From Paracoccaceae bacterium (GTDB taxonomy: Bacteria > Pseudomonadota > Alphaproteobacteria > JAPKNN01): a stretch of DNA of 64,000 nucleotides. A model generated the notes under the pieces. The model worked only from the letters and a program-made list of their open reading frames with translations, did not search any database and was not told the origin of the DNA. The stretch is taken from NCBI GenBank assembly GCA_040266715.1, contig JAPKNN010000012.1:18-64017 (forward strand), given 5' to 3'. Position 1 is the stretch's first letter. Each line of letters starts with the position of its first letter. Positions 29,834 to 40,975 of the stretch are shown here, one piece after another. The translations under genes and the position numbers were made by a program.

Positions 29834-31650
29834 CATTGTTTCGCATTAGATGCGGGCATGTCTCTAATCTTATTAAGATAAAAATAAATTCCTGCACACA
29901 TACATATTAATCGTATATATGTCTGACTAGATAAACTATTAGCTTCATGCTAATATAATCTAACTTAATTAAAAGTACGCATTAAAAAACGAAAATTAAT
30001 TCTTCAAAAGATGATTCTGCTAATTGATGCCAATTATGAATTAAACAAAAAAATTACATATATTAAAAATATTCATAATAGAGTAGAAAATAAAGTGCTA
30101 AAAACTATATACAAATTTCTTATTGTTTCTAAGTTTAATTTAAAAATTTCCAGATTTAATACTTGCCATCAAAATTGTTCGCTTATCATATTTATATGTA
30201 GTTCAATTCTAATATAAAGTGATGCAGCCAAAGATTGAATACTGGGTACAAGCCTACAATTCTTTTAGTTTTTTAACACTTACAGATATATTAAGTCGTT
30301 ACTTTATTGTGTTGTTTGGGATAAAAAGATCACTAGATTGAGACCTCAAAAGTAAAATCATTTTGTGTTTTATGTGTTTAAGCGTTTGCAGTTTTGTTTC
30401 TAAATATCTATTCTCTTACTATATTCTGACTGTCTATACTATAATAGATCGAATTATAATCTGTGCATTTATTTAATTTTTAAATGTCCAATTACTATTG
30501 TTTTATATTGAGAAGTAGCAATTAATATTTTTTCTTTCGTATCATTATTAATTTAAATTAATATGCGAAGACAAATTTTTGAACTCACTAAAATCGTTAC
30601 GCTGTAAAGAAATACAGAATAAAAAATTATCATTTCTAATATAAAAACTTTATACTATTAAATATAAATTCTAAATTACAGCGCACAAAGAAATCTGTTG
30701 CTATATCATTATGAATTTACAAATGCACTTATAAGATGTCAATTGCAAGCACAATATATAACTTAAACTTAAAACATTGTATAAATTTTAAAATCCCTCC
30801 TTTGTATATTAGCTCACTTTGTCATTAAAAATTTGAGACTGTCGTATATAAATTATAAATCGTACCATTTTCTAGGAGTGATGAGAGGTTGTTTATGCAA
30901 TCCATAATTAAACTAAACTTACATTCTTTTAAAATTTAGAGGCGTTTTTAGCAAGGACAACCTTATATTTACGCAAAAATCAGTTTTCCTAGTACAGAAT
31001 TTCCCAAGGCCGTTAATATGATTGCGTCCACCTCCAAACAGATCTAAATTCTTAGTTTTGTAATGCTAAAATTTTGATTCATCCCAAACATGGTAAAAAC
31101 AATAGCTATTGATATAGACCATGCTATCAGATTTAACTTTACTTATAATAATCGGCATGGCGTATCGGTGAAGTTATTATTAATACTTACCTATAGACAG
31201 AATAATACAGTTTTGAAATGACGCACACGTAAACTTTTTCGCTATAACCACAAACATGTTTGCCTTTAGCAAGTCGCCAAAATAGGTGGTTGTGCTGTTG
31301 TTAGAAAATTTGATTGATTTAATCAAAAAAATGCTGGAATTTAATGCTTGAAAATGTTAATATTTATAATGCAAATGTTTATATAGACGAATATATTGAT
31401 CACAAAATGACATCCTCTATAATAGCACACGATAGTGTAAACCACAGTAAAAGATAGCATATTAGTGAAAGTGTCCATACCAAAACTATTGAGCGGTTTG
31501 GCCGAGCATCAAAAGAGTGTATTATCGATGACATCATCATTACAGTAAAAAAATATGCAGATCTATATGTAGCAGAAACTGTTTTTAAATATAACGACTG
31601 AAAAATAAACACTACCAATATTTATAATTCTATATTTTAGGGGGTGTTGT

Positions 31651-32575
31651 ATGTATACATTTATAGATTTATTCTGCGGTATAGGTGGTTTTAGGGTTGC
31701 ATTAGAAAAGCAAGAAATGGAATGCGTATTTTCTAGCGACATAGACCAACACGTCCAAGATTCTTATTATAAAAATTTTGGCGAAAGAACAGTAGGGGAT
31801 ATTTCAGAAATTTCTGAAAAAAATATACCTAAACATGATGTGTTATGTGCTGGTTTTCCGTGCCAAACTTTTAGTATTTCTGGAAAAATGCACGGGATAC
31901 AAGATAATAGAGGGCGTTTGTTTTATGATATTGTCTGTATAGCACAGTATCATCAACCTAATGTTTTGCTTTTAGAAAATGTAAAAAACATAATGACTAT
32001 TGATAATGGCAATACTATCAATACAATTGAAAAAACTAAATGAAATTGGCTACGATGTTTATATACATATTTTAAACGCCTCTCATTTTAGAACCGCAGA
32101 AAAGAGGGAGAATTTATTTTTTCTGCTTGCGTAAAGATGTCAATACAGGAAAATACGAACAACCAAAAGAGAATTTTAACAAAATATATCTTGAAAGCAT
32201 TTTGCAAAAAGAAGTAGAAAAATCTCTATATATCAATAGGGATGATATTGTTATAAAGAATGACATCGTAATTGAAAATCAGTTAAAACCAATTAGAGTT
32301 GGTATAGTTAATAAAGGCGGACAAGGAGAGCGTATTTATAGCTCAAAAGTGCACGCTATAACATCGTTTGCATATGGCGGTGGAGTCGGGGCAAAAAAGG
32401 GTTATATATTAAGGATAAAGGCATTAGGCGCTTATCAATCATTGAATGTAAAAGAGTTATGGGGTTTAAAGATAGCCATATTGTTAGCAATGCAACCCAA
32501 TGTTATCAGCAGTTAGGTAATGCTGTAACACCGCCTATGATAGAATATGTTTGGAATAGCATCATGGTGGCGTAA
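31651..32575 (+). pseudogene. DNA (cytosine-5)-methyltransferase pseudogene, split across at least 3 frames
   Basis: Frame a: motif I FCGIGGF, motif IV FPCQTFS, motif VI LLENVKN, then a stop. Frame b: LNEIGYDVYIHILNASHFRTAEKREN (motif VIII). Frame a again: TRD-like region with QGERIYS. Frame c: RVMGFKD...QQLGNAVTPP (motifs IX-X), stop at 32573-75. Confidence 0.8.
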
Positions 32576-32906
32576 GATATGAATGAAAATAATAGAAATG
32601 CCTTTATAGGCATGAAATTTGAACACACTTTTTAGAAACAGCATTATTGACAATAAAGAAACTACAAAAACAATATAAGAGTATTTTAAATTAGACCGTC
32701 ATTTTACCCTAGCAATAAAAAGTATTATTCAAGGTGAGAAGGCAGAAGTAAAAAGAAGTTTGCTTGTGGGCGTAATATAGACGTTAACATTAAAGCATAC
32801 ACGCAAAAATCTGCATTTAATCAACTACCTAGAACATCTATAACTAAATTTTGCAAAACTTTTAATTTGACAGACCTAGCACAGGCAGACTTAGAAAAAA
32901 TAGTAA

Positions 32907-33191
32907 TTGAAAAATCTACAAACCCCAAAAATAAAATGTTTTTTTGAAAAAAACTGGAGTAATTGGCAAAATTTTTTCAACAAAAACGTTAGTCAAATTT
33001 TAAAGTGGGGCTTTGCGTTTAAGCCTAGCAGAGAGATATTGGTATTGTTTAATAGAGACGAAAATACATTTAGGATATACCCAATGTCATCAATATTAAG
33101 GCGATTAAATAGGGATATAAAGCATACAAAGGGTGGGTTTAATATCGGTGATTGTGTTTCTTTTCAAAGAAAAGGCGGTAACGGGTCTTAA
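32907..33191 (+). CDS. Hypothetical ORF, possibly a fragment of the decayed cognate restriction endonuclease
   Basis: 94 aa; immediately downstream of the broken methyltransferase; no family recognised. Confidence 0.15.
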   Translation: MKNLQTPKIKCFFEKNWSNWQNFFNKNVSQILKWGFAFKPSREILVLFNRDENTFRIYPMSSILRRLNRDIKHTKGGFNIGDCVSFQRKGGNGS

Positions 33192-33446
33192 AGTAAAACC
33201 ATACCAAAAAACAGCATCAAACATCCTGGTAACAACATTCAATTAAAGTTAAAGTGTAATAAGTTTGTCGCATCTATGGAATTTGTAAAAATTGCGGAAT
33301 ACACAATTTAACCCATTAAGTGAAAATTCCATAATTTAATATAAAAAAGTAGAAATTTTTTGCTAAACATCCGTACAAATGCACATGATATGTAACATTT
33401 AGTAGGTAGTATTAAGAAAAATTGTTTAGTAGAATATAGGCGTTAC

Positions 33447-34274
33447 CTATTTCTGAATAGAAGCTGAATCGAGATTACGTAAATCATTCCAGTTAGAGCG
33501 ATTTTTTATTACCTTGCGTATGTAAGCTATATTCTCTCTGGCCTCCTTAGGCGATAATTCTGATTCAATAATATTCTCGGCTTCTTCAAATCTACCTTGT
33601 AAAGCTATTGCTAAGGCAAGATTTTGACGAATTTTACTGTTGACTTTTAAATTACCTGTACCCTGTGTAAAAATTTGATTAAAAATGTTTTCTGCGGTTT
33701 TTAAATCGCCAGCCAATAAGTGAGACATAGCCAAATTATTCATAATTTTAGCCTCATACGGATTTAAACTTAGTGCCTTTGTATACATTTGCTGAGCACT
33801 TTCGTGCGCTAACATTTTATCAAATACAATGCCACGTGCTAAATAAACTTCCCAATTTGGTTCCCCTACATCATGGGCATATTTTAATATTTTTGCAGCC
33901 TTTTTTAATCTTTTTGTACGAGAAAGGAATTTACTATAATTCAAAATAACTGCGATATTATCATGATTATCTACCATTAATTTATCATACACTTCTGAAG
34001 CTTTATCCAAAGAGCCAATATCGTATAAACTTTCTGCGTATTTAACACCAATCTCAGCATTAGTATTATCGTTTTCGTAAAGAGCTTGCCAATATTGGGC
34101 TCTCGCTATTTTGTTAGGACTATCAGGGCTTGGTGTTAGGCCTGCATTAAATCCTTCCTGATTTTTAAGGTCTGAAGATGAAGAACATCCGATAATCATA
34201 ACACATAGAAATAGAAAAAATACTCTATGTACAATAACACGCAGAAAACAATTATAAAAAAGAGAAAAATTCAT
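33447..34274 (-). CDS. TPR-repeat lipoprotein
   Basis: Lipobox-like IIGCSSS after a hydrophobic leader; several 34-aa TPR-like repeats (A..Y.KALSLNP..A...NNLA). Confidence 0.6.
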   Translation of the reverse strand: MNFSLFYNCFLRVIVHRVFFLFLCVMIIGCSSSSDLKNQEGFNAGLTPSPDSPNKIARAQYWQALYENDNTNAEIGVKYAESLYDIGSLDKASEVYDKLMVDNHDNIAVILNYSKFLSRTKRLKKAAKILKYAHDVGEPNWEVYLARGIVFDKMLAHESAQQMYTKALSLNPYEAKIMNNLAMSHLLAGDLKTAENIFNQIFTQGTGNLKVNSKIRQNLALAIALQGRFEEAENIIESELSPKEARENIAYIRKVIKNRSNWNDLRNLDSASIQK

Positions 34275-34478
34275 TAAATACTCTATCTAACTGAATAATT
34301 AAAAAGGTGCATAAACACTCGTACAACTGTTGTAAATGATAGATATTAATAACTTGCTAAGCATATCCTTGAAGTTATTAATTAACTCAGAATAAAAAAT
34401 AATATTTTTAATACATTGAAATTAAAAAAAAATTATAGTAATAAGGGCAAGCTCTCGTGAAATTTATGAAATCCAATT

Positions 34479-34554
<76 letters not shown>

Positions 34555-34763
34555 GATATAGTAAATATAACTTGTTTTCGGTAAATATTAAGAGAGTTGG
34601 AGGTTATTGTAAGATTGATGACATTTCCTTGTGCCCTCTATTTTAAAAGAAATAGTTATTGCGATATTTTTGGAAAGTTCACATTTTTACTGATAAAACT
34701 GTAATATGAAATTAGCTATCTTGCTAAGTAAATAATGTATTAATTTACAATTGTGTTAATGTA

Positions 34764-35390
34764 ATGAAGAAATTAGAAAAACTTTTATCTGGCTATAAAG
34801 CGTTTTTTTCCAAATATTTTATATCTGAAAAAGATTTATATAAAAGTCTTTTTAAAGAACAAAAACCAAAATTCCTTGTAATCTCGTGTTGTGATTCTCG
34901 TGTTGATCCATCTATTCTCACGCAAGCGGAACCTGGTGATTTATTTGTAGTTAGGAATATTGCCAATATAGTTCCACCTTTTTGTAGTAACCAGCAACAT
35001 TATAGCGTAGGAGCCGCTATTGAATTCGCTGTATGTGTGCTAAAAGTAACTAATATAATCATATTAGGACATAGTGGATGTAAGGGCGTCGAAGCATTTT
35101 TTGATAATGAAAATGATACACACACTTTTTTCATTAATACATGGGTGAATATAAAAAAGGAAACTAAAAATAAAATCGTAAATCAATATTCAGATCTACC
35201 TAAAAGCGAAAGATTGAAATTAGCCGAATTAGAAAATATTGTTTCTTCAATAAATAATTTATACACTTACCCCTTTGTTACTGAGAAAATTGATAAAAAT
35301 GAATTAAATTTACACGGTTGGTATTTCTCTATAGAAAATGGTTCTCTCAGTTATTATGCAGATGAAACTAAAACCTTTGTAAAGTTTTAA
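34764..35390 (+). CDS. Beta-class carbonic anhydrase
   Basis: 208 aa; zinc-ligand motifs CCDSRV and HSGCKG. Confidence 0.8.
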   Translation: MKKLEKLLSGYKAFFSKYFISEKDLYKSLFKEQKPKFLVISCCDSRVDPSILTQAEPGDLFVVRNIANIVPPFCSNQQHYSVGAAIEFAVCVLKVTNIIILGHSGCKGVEAFFDNENDTHTFFINTWVNIKKETKNKIVNQYSDLPKSERLKLAELENIVSSINNLYTYPFVTEKIDKNELNLHGWYFSIENGSLSYYADETKTFVKF

Positions 35391-35877
35391 TATTATTTAA
35401 AATAATGCATATCTGCTAAGCAATCTTACTCTAAGATATGGTAATTAGCTAGCAGAAATCAGCATTATGCATCAATTCTGATATTATTTTAATATCATTG
35501 AATACATCATTTCCTCTAATAAATTTCTGTTAACCGAAGCCATATCTGATAGCCGTAATAAAAATGCAATCTATGAATCGTTTATATTCATTACATCCAT
35601 TAATTTGTTATTTTTAAGAAAAAAATATTTTGAGTAATTAAAAAATTTTTTATAATCATCTAAAATAAATGTTGTTTTTATTATAATACTCACTGTAAGT
35701 ATAGGCGTCTTTACTGGCATATTTTTTTTTACTGTCATAATAAAACTAAAAAGGATATGCTCAAAATTACCTTATTAAAATGCATCGAAAAAAATTATAA
35801 TTTATACGCTTGTGCGTATATTTTGTGATAGTATTTAATAAATATTAGTAGTAACTTTACGCATTGAGTAGCTTTTA

Positions 35878-37284
35878 GTGGAAATCTCTGTAATAATTTG
35901 CCTCTTTGGTATAGGAATTTTTTTTATTTTGCTTCTTCTACGTATACCTGTAGCATTGAGTATGGTATGCGTAGGCATCGGAGGCAATTATGCTCTTTCC
36001 TTCGTTGTAGATTATCTTCCTTTTCATCTTTATATCAAGCAATTTAAAACCCTCTTATGGGGCGTTATTGCTAATTACGAGCTAACTGTAATACCACTTT
36101 TTATTCTTATGGGGCATATATGCGCAAAAGCTGGTTTGAGTAAGGATCTTTTTTATGGAATTCGCTATTTTACACGTTCTATTAAAAACGGTGTGTTAAT
36201 AGCTACATTACTTGCTTGTGCTGCCTTTGGTGCAGTAAGCGGCTCATCGCTTGCTACGTCTTCTACAATGGGTAAAACTGTTTTACCAGAATTAAAAAAA
36301 TTAAAATATAACTCTATACTGTCAACTGGAGTTCTAGCTTCAGGTGGAACTTTAGGTATTCTTATACCACCATCAACTGTGCTTGTACTTTATGCAGTAA
36401 TGGTAGAAGCTTCGGTTATTGATATGTTTCAAGCTGCAATTATTCCAGGTATTTTTGCACTTATAATCTTCATTCTCGTTACCTATGCAATGTCTTATGT
36501 TTATCCTTCAACTGAATTGGAGAAAAGAATAGAAAAAAAAGACATTTTACACTTATCACCATCTCAAAAAAGACTTCTAAAAATAAGAACTTTTCCAATT
36601 TTAGTAATCTTTATAATGATTATATTAGGACTTGGTTTAGGTTTAATGACTCCCACCCCTGCTGCGGCTGTCAGTGTAGGGTTAGTCTTATTATATGTGG
36701 GCTTTTTACGCTTATGTAAAATGTCACAATTTTCTAAATCCGATCTCAAGTCTTGTTTTCAGGATACAGCTAGCATTGTAGGTATGATTTATTTTATATT
36801 ATTTGGAGCAGAAGTATTAAAAGGTTTTATAACTCGCTCTGGCCTTCCTTTGTTTCTTTCTGAATGGGTAATGGCTAGCGATATTAATGGTTGGGTAATT
36901 CTAATATGTTTTTTGCTTATATTGATACTTTTGGGCTTTTTTTTAGAATCCTTAACTATGATATTAGTTGTCTTACCTTTTTTCTGGCCTGTTTTAGTGA
37001 CTTTGAATGGCGGGGCAATTGTTACAGAAGAACAGGCATTCTTTGGCTTAACACATGATCAATTAAAGATTTGGTTTGGTATTTTAAGTCTAGCCATAGT
37101 TGAATTAGGTTTAATTACGCCACCGATGGGTTTAAATGTTTTTATAATCGCATCGCTAGATAAATCTCTGGCAATGAGTGATATATTTCGTGGTGTTATG
37201 CCGTTTTTTGCAGGTGAAATTATACGTATAGCATTATTGATAGCTTTTCCCATATTATGTCTATGGCTACCCATGATATTATAA
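35878..37284 (+). CDS. TRAP transporter large permease, DctM family (no adjacent DctQ/DctP)
   Basis: 468 aa with ~12 TM helices; PELKKLKYNSILSTGVLASGGTLGILIPPS matches the conserved DctM loop. Confidence 0.65.
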   Translation: MEISVIICLFGIGIFFILLLLRIPVALSMVCVGIGGNYALSFVVDYLPFHLYIKQFKTLLWGVIANYELTVIPLFILMGHICAKAGLSKDLFYGIRYFTRSIKNGVLIATLLACAAFGAVSGSSLATSSTMGKTVLPELKKLKYNSILSTGVLASGGTLGILIPPSTVLVLYAVMVEASVIDMFQAAIIPGIFALIIFILVTYAMSYVYPSTELEKRIEKKDILHLSPSQKRLLKIRTFPILVIFIMIILGLGLGLMTPTPAAAVSVGLVLLYVGFLRLCKMSQFSKSDLKSCFQDTASIVGMIYFILFGAEVLKGFITRSGLPLFLSEWVMASDINGWVILICFLLILILLGFFLESLTMILVVLPFFWPVLVTLNGGAIVTEEQAFFGLTHDQLKIWFGILSLAIVELGLITPPMGLNVFIIASLDKSLAMSDIFRGVMPFFAGEIIRIALLIAFPILCLWLPMIL

Positions 37285-37528
37285 ACTTACTTTATATTAT
37301 AATATAAGCCTATAATAATGTATGTAAATTTATATATTTACTTTAGCACCTCCAATAGATACTATTTTGTCATTGACAGAAGGTATATAAAATGATTATA
37401 AGCACTTGATTGGTTTTACAATCATAACTGTATGTTAGTGTATGTATGGTCTTTTGTAGTTTATAGTATTGCAAACTTACAATAATTCGTAACAGCTGGC
37501 ATCCAAATATAAACTCTATGAGATAATT

Positions 37529-37663
37529 ATGAAACGAACTTTCCAACCCAGTAATCTTGTCCGTAAAAGAAGGCATGGATTTCGCTCACGCATGGCTACT
37601 AAAAATGGACGGCTTGTACTAACCAGAAGAAGAGCAAAAGGTCGCAAAAAGTTAAGCGCATAG
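37529..37663 (+). CDS. rpmH: 50S ribosomal protein L34
   Basis: Translation is [44 protein letters not shown] (44 aa). The ORF is too short for the ORF track. Confidence 0.92.
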   Translation: MKRTFQPSNLVRKRRHGFRSRMATKNGRLVLTRRRAKGRKKLSA

Positions 37664-37867
37664 TATAAACGTTTGATCATATTGCTTTTTTCCTATATTC
37701 ACCCTGTCAAAATTGCATTTTTGACATACAAATTCGGGTGAAATAGGCAATAATAGTGCTGATTTCGTGTTTATATAACACTATTTCTTTTGTATGATAA
37801 TACACAGAAACATGCTGTCAGAATACGATCTTATATGCACTAATAGTACACATTCTGAATTAAAAAA

Positions 37868-38359
37868 ATGCATTCAACATCTTGCAAATATGCTCATAAT
37901 GTATGTATTCAGAGTCTGAAAAATAGAAAATCATTTATTTTAGGGCGTAAAGGACACGTTTTTTTTGGAAAACATCTTATCGTTCAAAAAATTTTACCTG
38001 AACACAAACTAAGCACAGAGGAAGAATACCAAAAAAAAATTGTTTATCATATCGGATATACAGCTAGTAAAAAAGTTGGTAATGCTATTGAACGCAATTT
38101 TGCAAAAAGACGTATGCGTAGTTTGTGCTACGAATTATTTGTTAAGGAAATAAGTGAGGATACACAAAAAATGTACGCACTTTCGCAATCGTTAAAAAAT
38201 TATACTTGCTGTGCACCCAATGGAATCATTCTTATTGCTAAATCCTCGTTGGTAATAACTTCTTATAATAAACTAAAAAAAGAACTAGAAAATGCATTGC
38301 GTTATTTATTCCTAAAAGAAAAAATTACTCATACCAATTATATATCTAAAAAAAAATAA
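37868..38359 (+). CDS. rnpA: Ribonuclease P protein component (start uncertain; likely N-terminally over-called)
   Basis: YTASKKVGNAIERNFAKRRMR matches the RnpA K-K-x-G-x-A-V-x-R-N-R-x-K-R-R-x-R core; sits in the rpmH-rnpA-yidC context. Confidence 0.75.
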   Translation: MHSTSCKYAHNVCIQSLKNRKSFILGRKGHVFFGKHLIVQKILPEHKLSTEEEYQKKIVYHIGYTASKKVGNAIERNFAKRRMRSLCYELFVKEISEDTQKMYALSQSLKNYTCCAPNGIILIAKSSLVITSYNKLKKELENALRYLFLKEKITHTNYISKKK

Positions 38360-38361
38360 TC

Positions 38362-40158
38362 ATGGATCAAGAAAACACACGTAACGTCATTATTGCAACT
38401 ATTCTTTCATTTCTCATTATTGGAGGGTGGCAATATTTTATTTTTGACCCACAGGCACAACAACAACTTGAAAAAGAAAATAGTAAAACTACCGTTGAAT
38501 CTCCATCTTCTCAAAAAGCAGATACCTATACGCCAACCGTAGAAATAGATGATAAAAAACTCCGTGATGAAGAAAATACATCACATACGTATCAAAACGT
38601 TATGATAGAAACGCCCTTACTCAGAGGATCTATATCAGCAAGAGGGACCCGCTTTGATAATTTAATCTTACGTAAATATACAGAAAATTTAGATGCAAAC
38701 AGTGACAAAATTCATTTTTTGAATAGTGTAAATAGTGACAATCCCTTCTTTGCAGAATTTGGATTCATCAATAGTCAGAATCAGCAAAAAATCAAAACGC
38801 CGACAGGAACCACTATATGGAAAATTAGCGATCCTAGTAATGTACTAAATGAAAATAATAAAATTGTATTTACACATGAATCTCAAGGTGTACTCTTTAA
38901 ACGAACGATTACTATCAATAGTGATTATCTTTTTGCAATAGAGGATGAAGTTATTAATAATTCATCAAATGCAGTTAATTTTTTTCCCTATGCACGGGTT
39001 GCAAGAGGCAATACACCTGAGGTATCTGGTTTTTTTATACTGCATGAGGGGCTTATCGGGGTAATAGGTGAAAATGGTTTACAAGAAATTGATTATGATG
39101 ACCTCGTTGATGATAAAAAAATACAGTTTAAAGCTACAAAAGGTGGGTTCACAGGGATTACTGATAAATATTGGGCCGCCATTTTAATTCCTGAACAAGA
39201 TCAATCCTTTAAAGCCGAGTATTCCTATTATAGAAGTCAGAATCGTGATTATTATCAAGCCGATTATCTAATGGAAGAACTGAGTATTGCGCCAGGTCAA
39301 AAATCTGTCATAACAAATTATTTTTTTGCGGGAGCAAAAGTTGTTGATCTTATTGATAAACATCAAGAAAGCTTACATATAAAACAATTTGACCTTCTTA
39401 TTGACTGGGGATGGTTCTATTTTATAACCAAACCCTTATTTACGGTGCTTAATTACTTTAACCATATTATAGGAAATTTTGGTCTTTCAATATTACTAGT
39501 TACTGTATTGTTAAAAATTATTTTCTTTCCATTGGCAAATAAATCCTACGTCTCTATGAGCCGCATGAAAAAATTTCAACCAGACATCAAGAAAATTACA
39601 GAACGCTATAAAGACAATCGCACCGAACAGCAAAAACAAATGATGGCCTTATATAAAAAGCATAAGATTAATCCTATGACTGGTTGTTTACCTGTTTTAT
39701 TACAGATACCTGTGTTTTTTGCCTTGTATAAAGTATTATTCGTTACAATAGAGATGAGGCATGCACCTTTTTTTGGTTGGGTCCATGATTTATCTGCTCC
39801 AGATCCCACAAGTATTTTCAATTTATTTGGCTTATTGCCATTTGGCGTACCTGATTTCTTGTTAATTGGTATTTGGCCTATTTTAATGGGAATTAGCATG
39901 TTCTTTCAAATGCGTTTAAATCCTGCACCTCCCGATCCGATTCAGGCGAAGATATTTGCTTTTATGCCTTTATTTTTTACTTTCCTATTAGCAACTTTTC
40001 CTGCTGGACTCGTCATTTATTGGACGTGGAATAATCTCTTATCTATATTACAGCAATGGTATATTATGAGGCGTCAGGGCGTTGAGGTTGATATTATTGG
40101 CAATACATTAGACTTATTTGGAAAAAAATCTTCTAAATCTGATTCTGATAAGCAATAA
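38362..40158 (+). CDS. yidC: Membrane protein insertase YidC
   Basis: 598 aa; large periplasmic domain then the 5-TM Oxa1 core (LPVLLQIPVFFALYKVL, FAFMPLFFTFLLATFPAGLVIYW). Confidence 0.92.
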   Translation: MDQENTRNVIIATILSFLIIGGWQYFIFDPQAQQQLEKENSKTTVESPSSQKADTYTPTVEIDDKKLRDEENTSHTYQNVMIETPLLRGSISARGTRFDNLILRKYTENLDANSDKIHFLNSVNSDNPFFAEFGFINSQNQQKIKTPTGTTIWKISDPSNVLNENNKIVFTHESQGVLFKRTITINSDYLFAIEDEVINNSSNAVNFFPYARVARGNTPEVSGFFILHEGLIGVIGENGLQEIDYDDLVDDKKIQFKATKGGFTGITDKYWAAILIPEQDQSFKAEYSYYRSQNRDYYQADYLMEELSIAPGQKSVITNYFFAGAKVVDLIDKHQESLHIKQFDLLIDWGWFYFITKPLFTVLNYFNHIIGNFGLSILLVTVLLKIIFFPLANKSYVSMSRMKKFQPDIKKITERYKDNRTEQQKQMMALYKKHKINPMTGCLPVLLQIPVFFALYKVLFVTIEMRHAPFFGWVHDLSAPDPTSIFNLFGLLPFGVPDFLLIGIWPILMGISMFFQMRLNPAPPDPIQAKIFAFMPLFFTFLLATFPAGLVIYWTWNNLLSILQQWYIMRRQGVEVDIIGNTLDLFGKKSSKSDSDKQ

Positions 40159-40294
40159 AGATTTTTATCTTTATATATAACTATTTTGATATGTTTGCAT
40201 TTCAGCACATACATTTTATTGTTGTTGATAATAAAGGTAACTAATCTTTATTTACGAATTAATAGACGAAATAAAATCTTAGAGCCATAATACA

Positions 40295-40924
40295 ATGCCT
40301 TCTAAAAACGAAAAGCAATTTACTTCTTGTAATTTTTATACTTCTGTTTTTGATATTCGCCAATTACATGAATCTCAATTTAAAGAAATTGCCTTTGCTG
40401 GCCGCTCCAATTGTGGGAAATCAAGTTTAATAAATGCATTGGTTGAAAACGGCGGCACTGTCGGTAAAAAAAATCTAGCGATTGTGTCTAATCGTCCAGG
40501 TAGGACTGCATCTCTCAATTTCTATATGATTGATGAAAATTATCATTTTGTTGATATGCCTGGTTATGGATTTGCTAAAACATCAAAAAAAATGCAATCT
40601 AAATGGAAAAAACTAATTTTTTCCTATTTAAGCGGACGTATAAATTTAGGCATGTTATTATTATTAGTTGATGCACGTCGCGGTATTATCAAAACAGATA
40701 TGGAAATGCTTGATTATATTCAACGTTCTGCTGTGATTACACGTTTTGTATTCACCAAAAGTGATCTGATTAAAGAAACACAAAGAAAACATCTATTGCA
40801 AGAAACTGAGAAAATTTTATACAAAAATATAGCTATACATCCTGAAAAAATTTGGGTTTCAGCCAAAACAAAAGAAGGAATAATGCGCTTACGCACTGTC
40901 ATAAAAGAAGAAATTACAAAATAA
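40295..40924 (+). CDS. engB: GTP-binding protein EngB (YihA/YsxC)
   Basis: G1 motif GRSNCGKSSLINAL; G3 DMPGYG; conserved position after yidC. Confidence 0.85.
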   Translation: MPSKNEKQFTSCNFYTSVFDIRQLHESQFKEIAFAGRSNCGKSSLINALVENGGTVGKKNLAIVSNRPGRTASLNFYMIDENYHFVDMPGYGFAKTSKKMQSKWKKLIFSYLSGRINLGMLLLLVDARRGIIKTDMEMLDYIQRSAVITRFVFTKSDLIKETQRKHLLQETEKILYKNIAIHPEKIWVSAKTKEGIMRLRTVIKEEITK

Positions 40925-40975
40925 TCATAAATAATTGACACTTCATATTAATTTAAAAACGCAATTACTTTTTCT

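Noticed and set aside
29767-29835. Two identical palindromic 20-mers 49 bp apart; considered as a mini CRISPR array or transposon inverted repeats
   Set aside because: There are only two copies, with no cas genes or spacer structure. The core is an exact parS consensus, and its position next to parA fits a partition-site interpretation.
30011-31618. ORFs 30011..30217 (+) and 31400..31618 (-) in the AT-rich gap
   Set aside because: Short, low-complexity (Ile/Asn/Lys-rich) translations expected by chance in AT-rich DNA; no start-site context or family resemblance.
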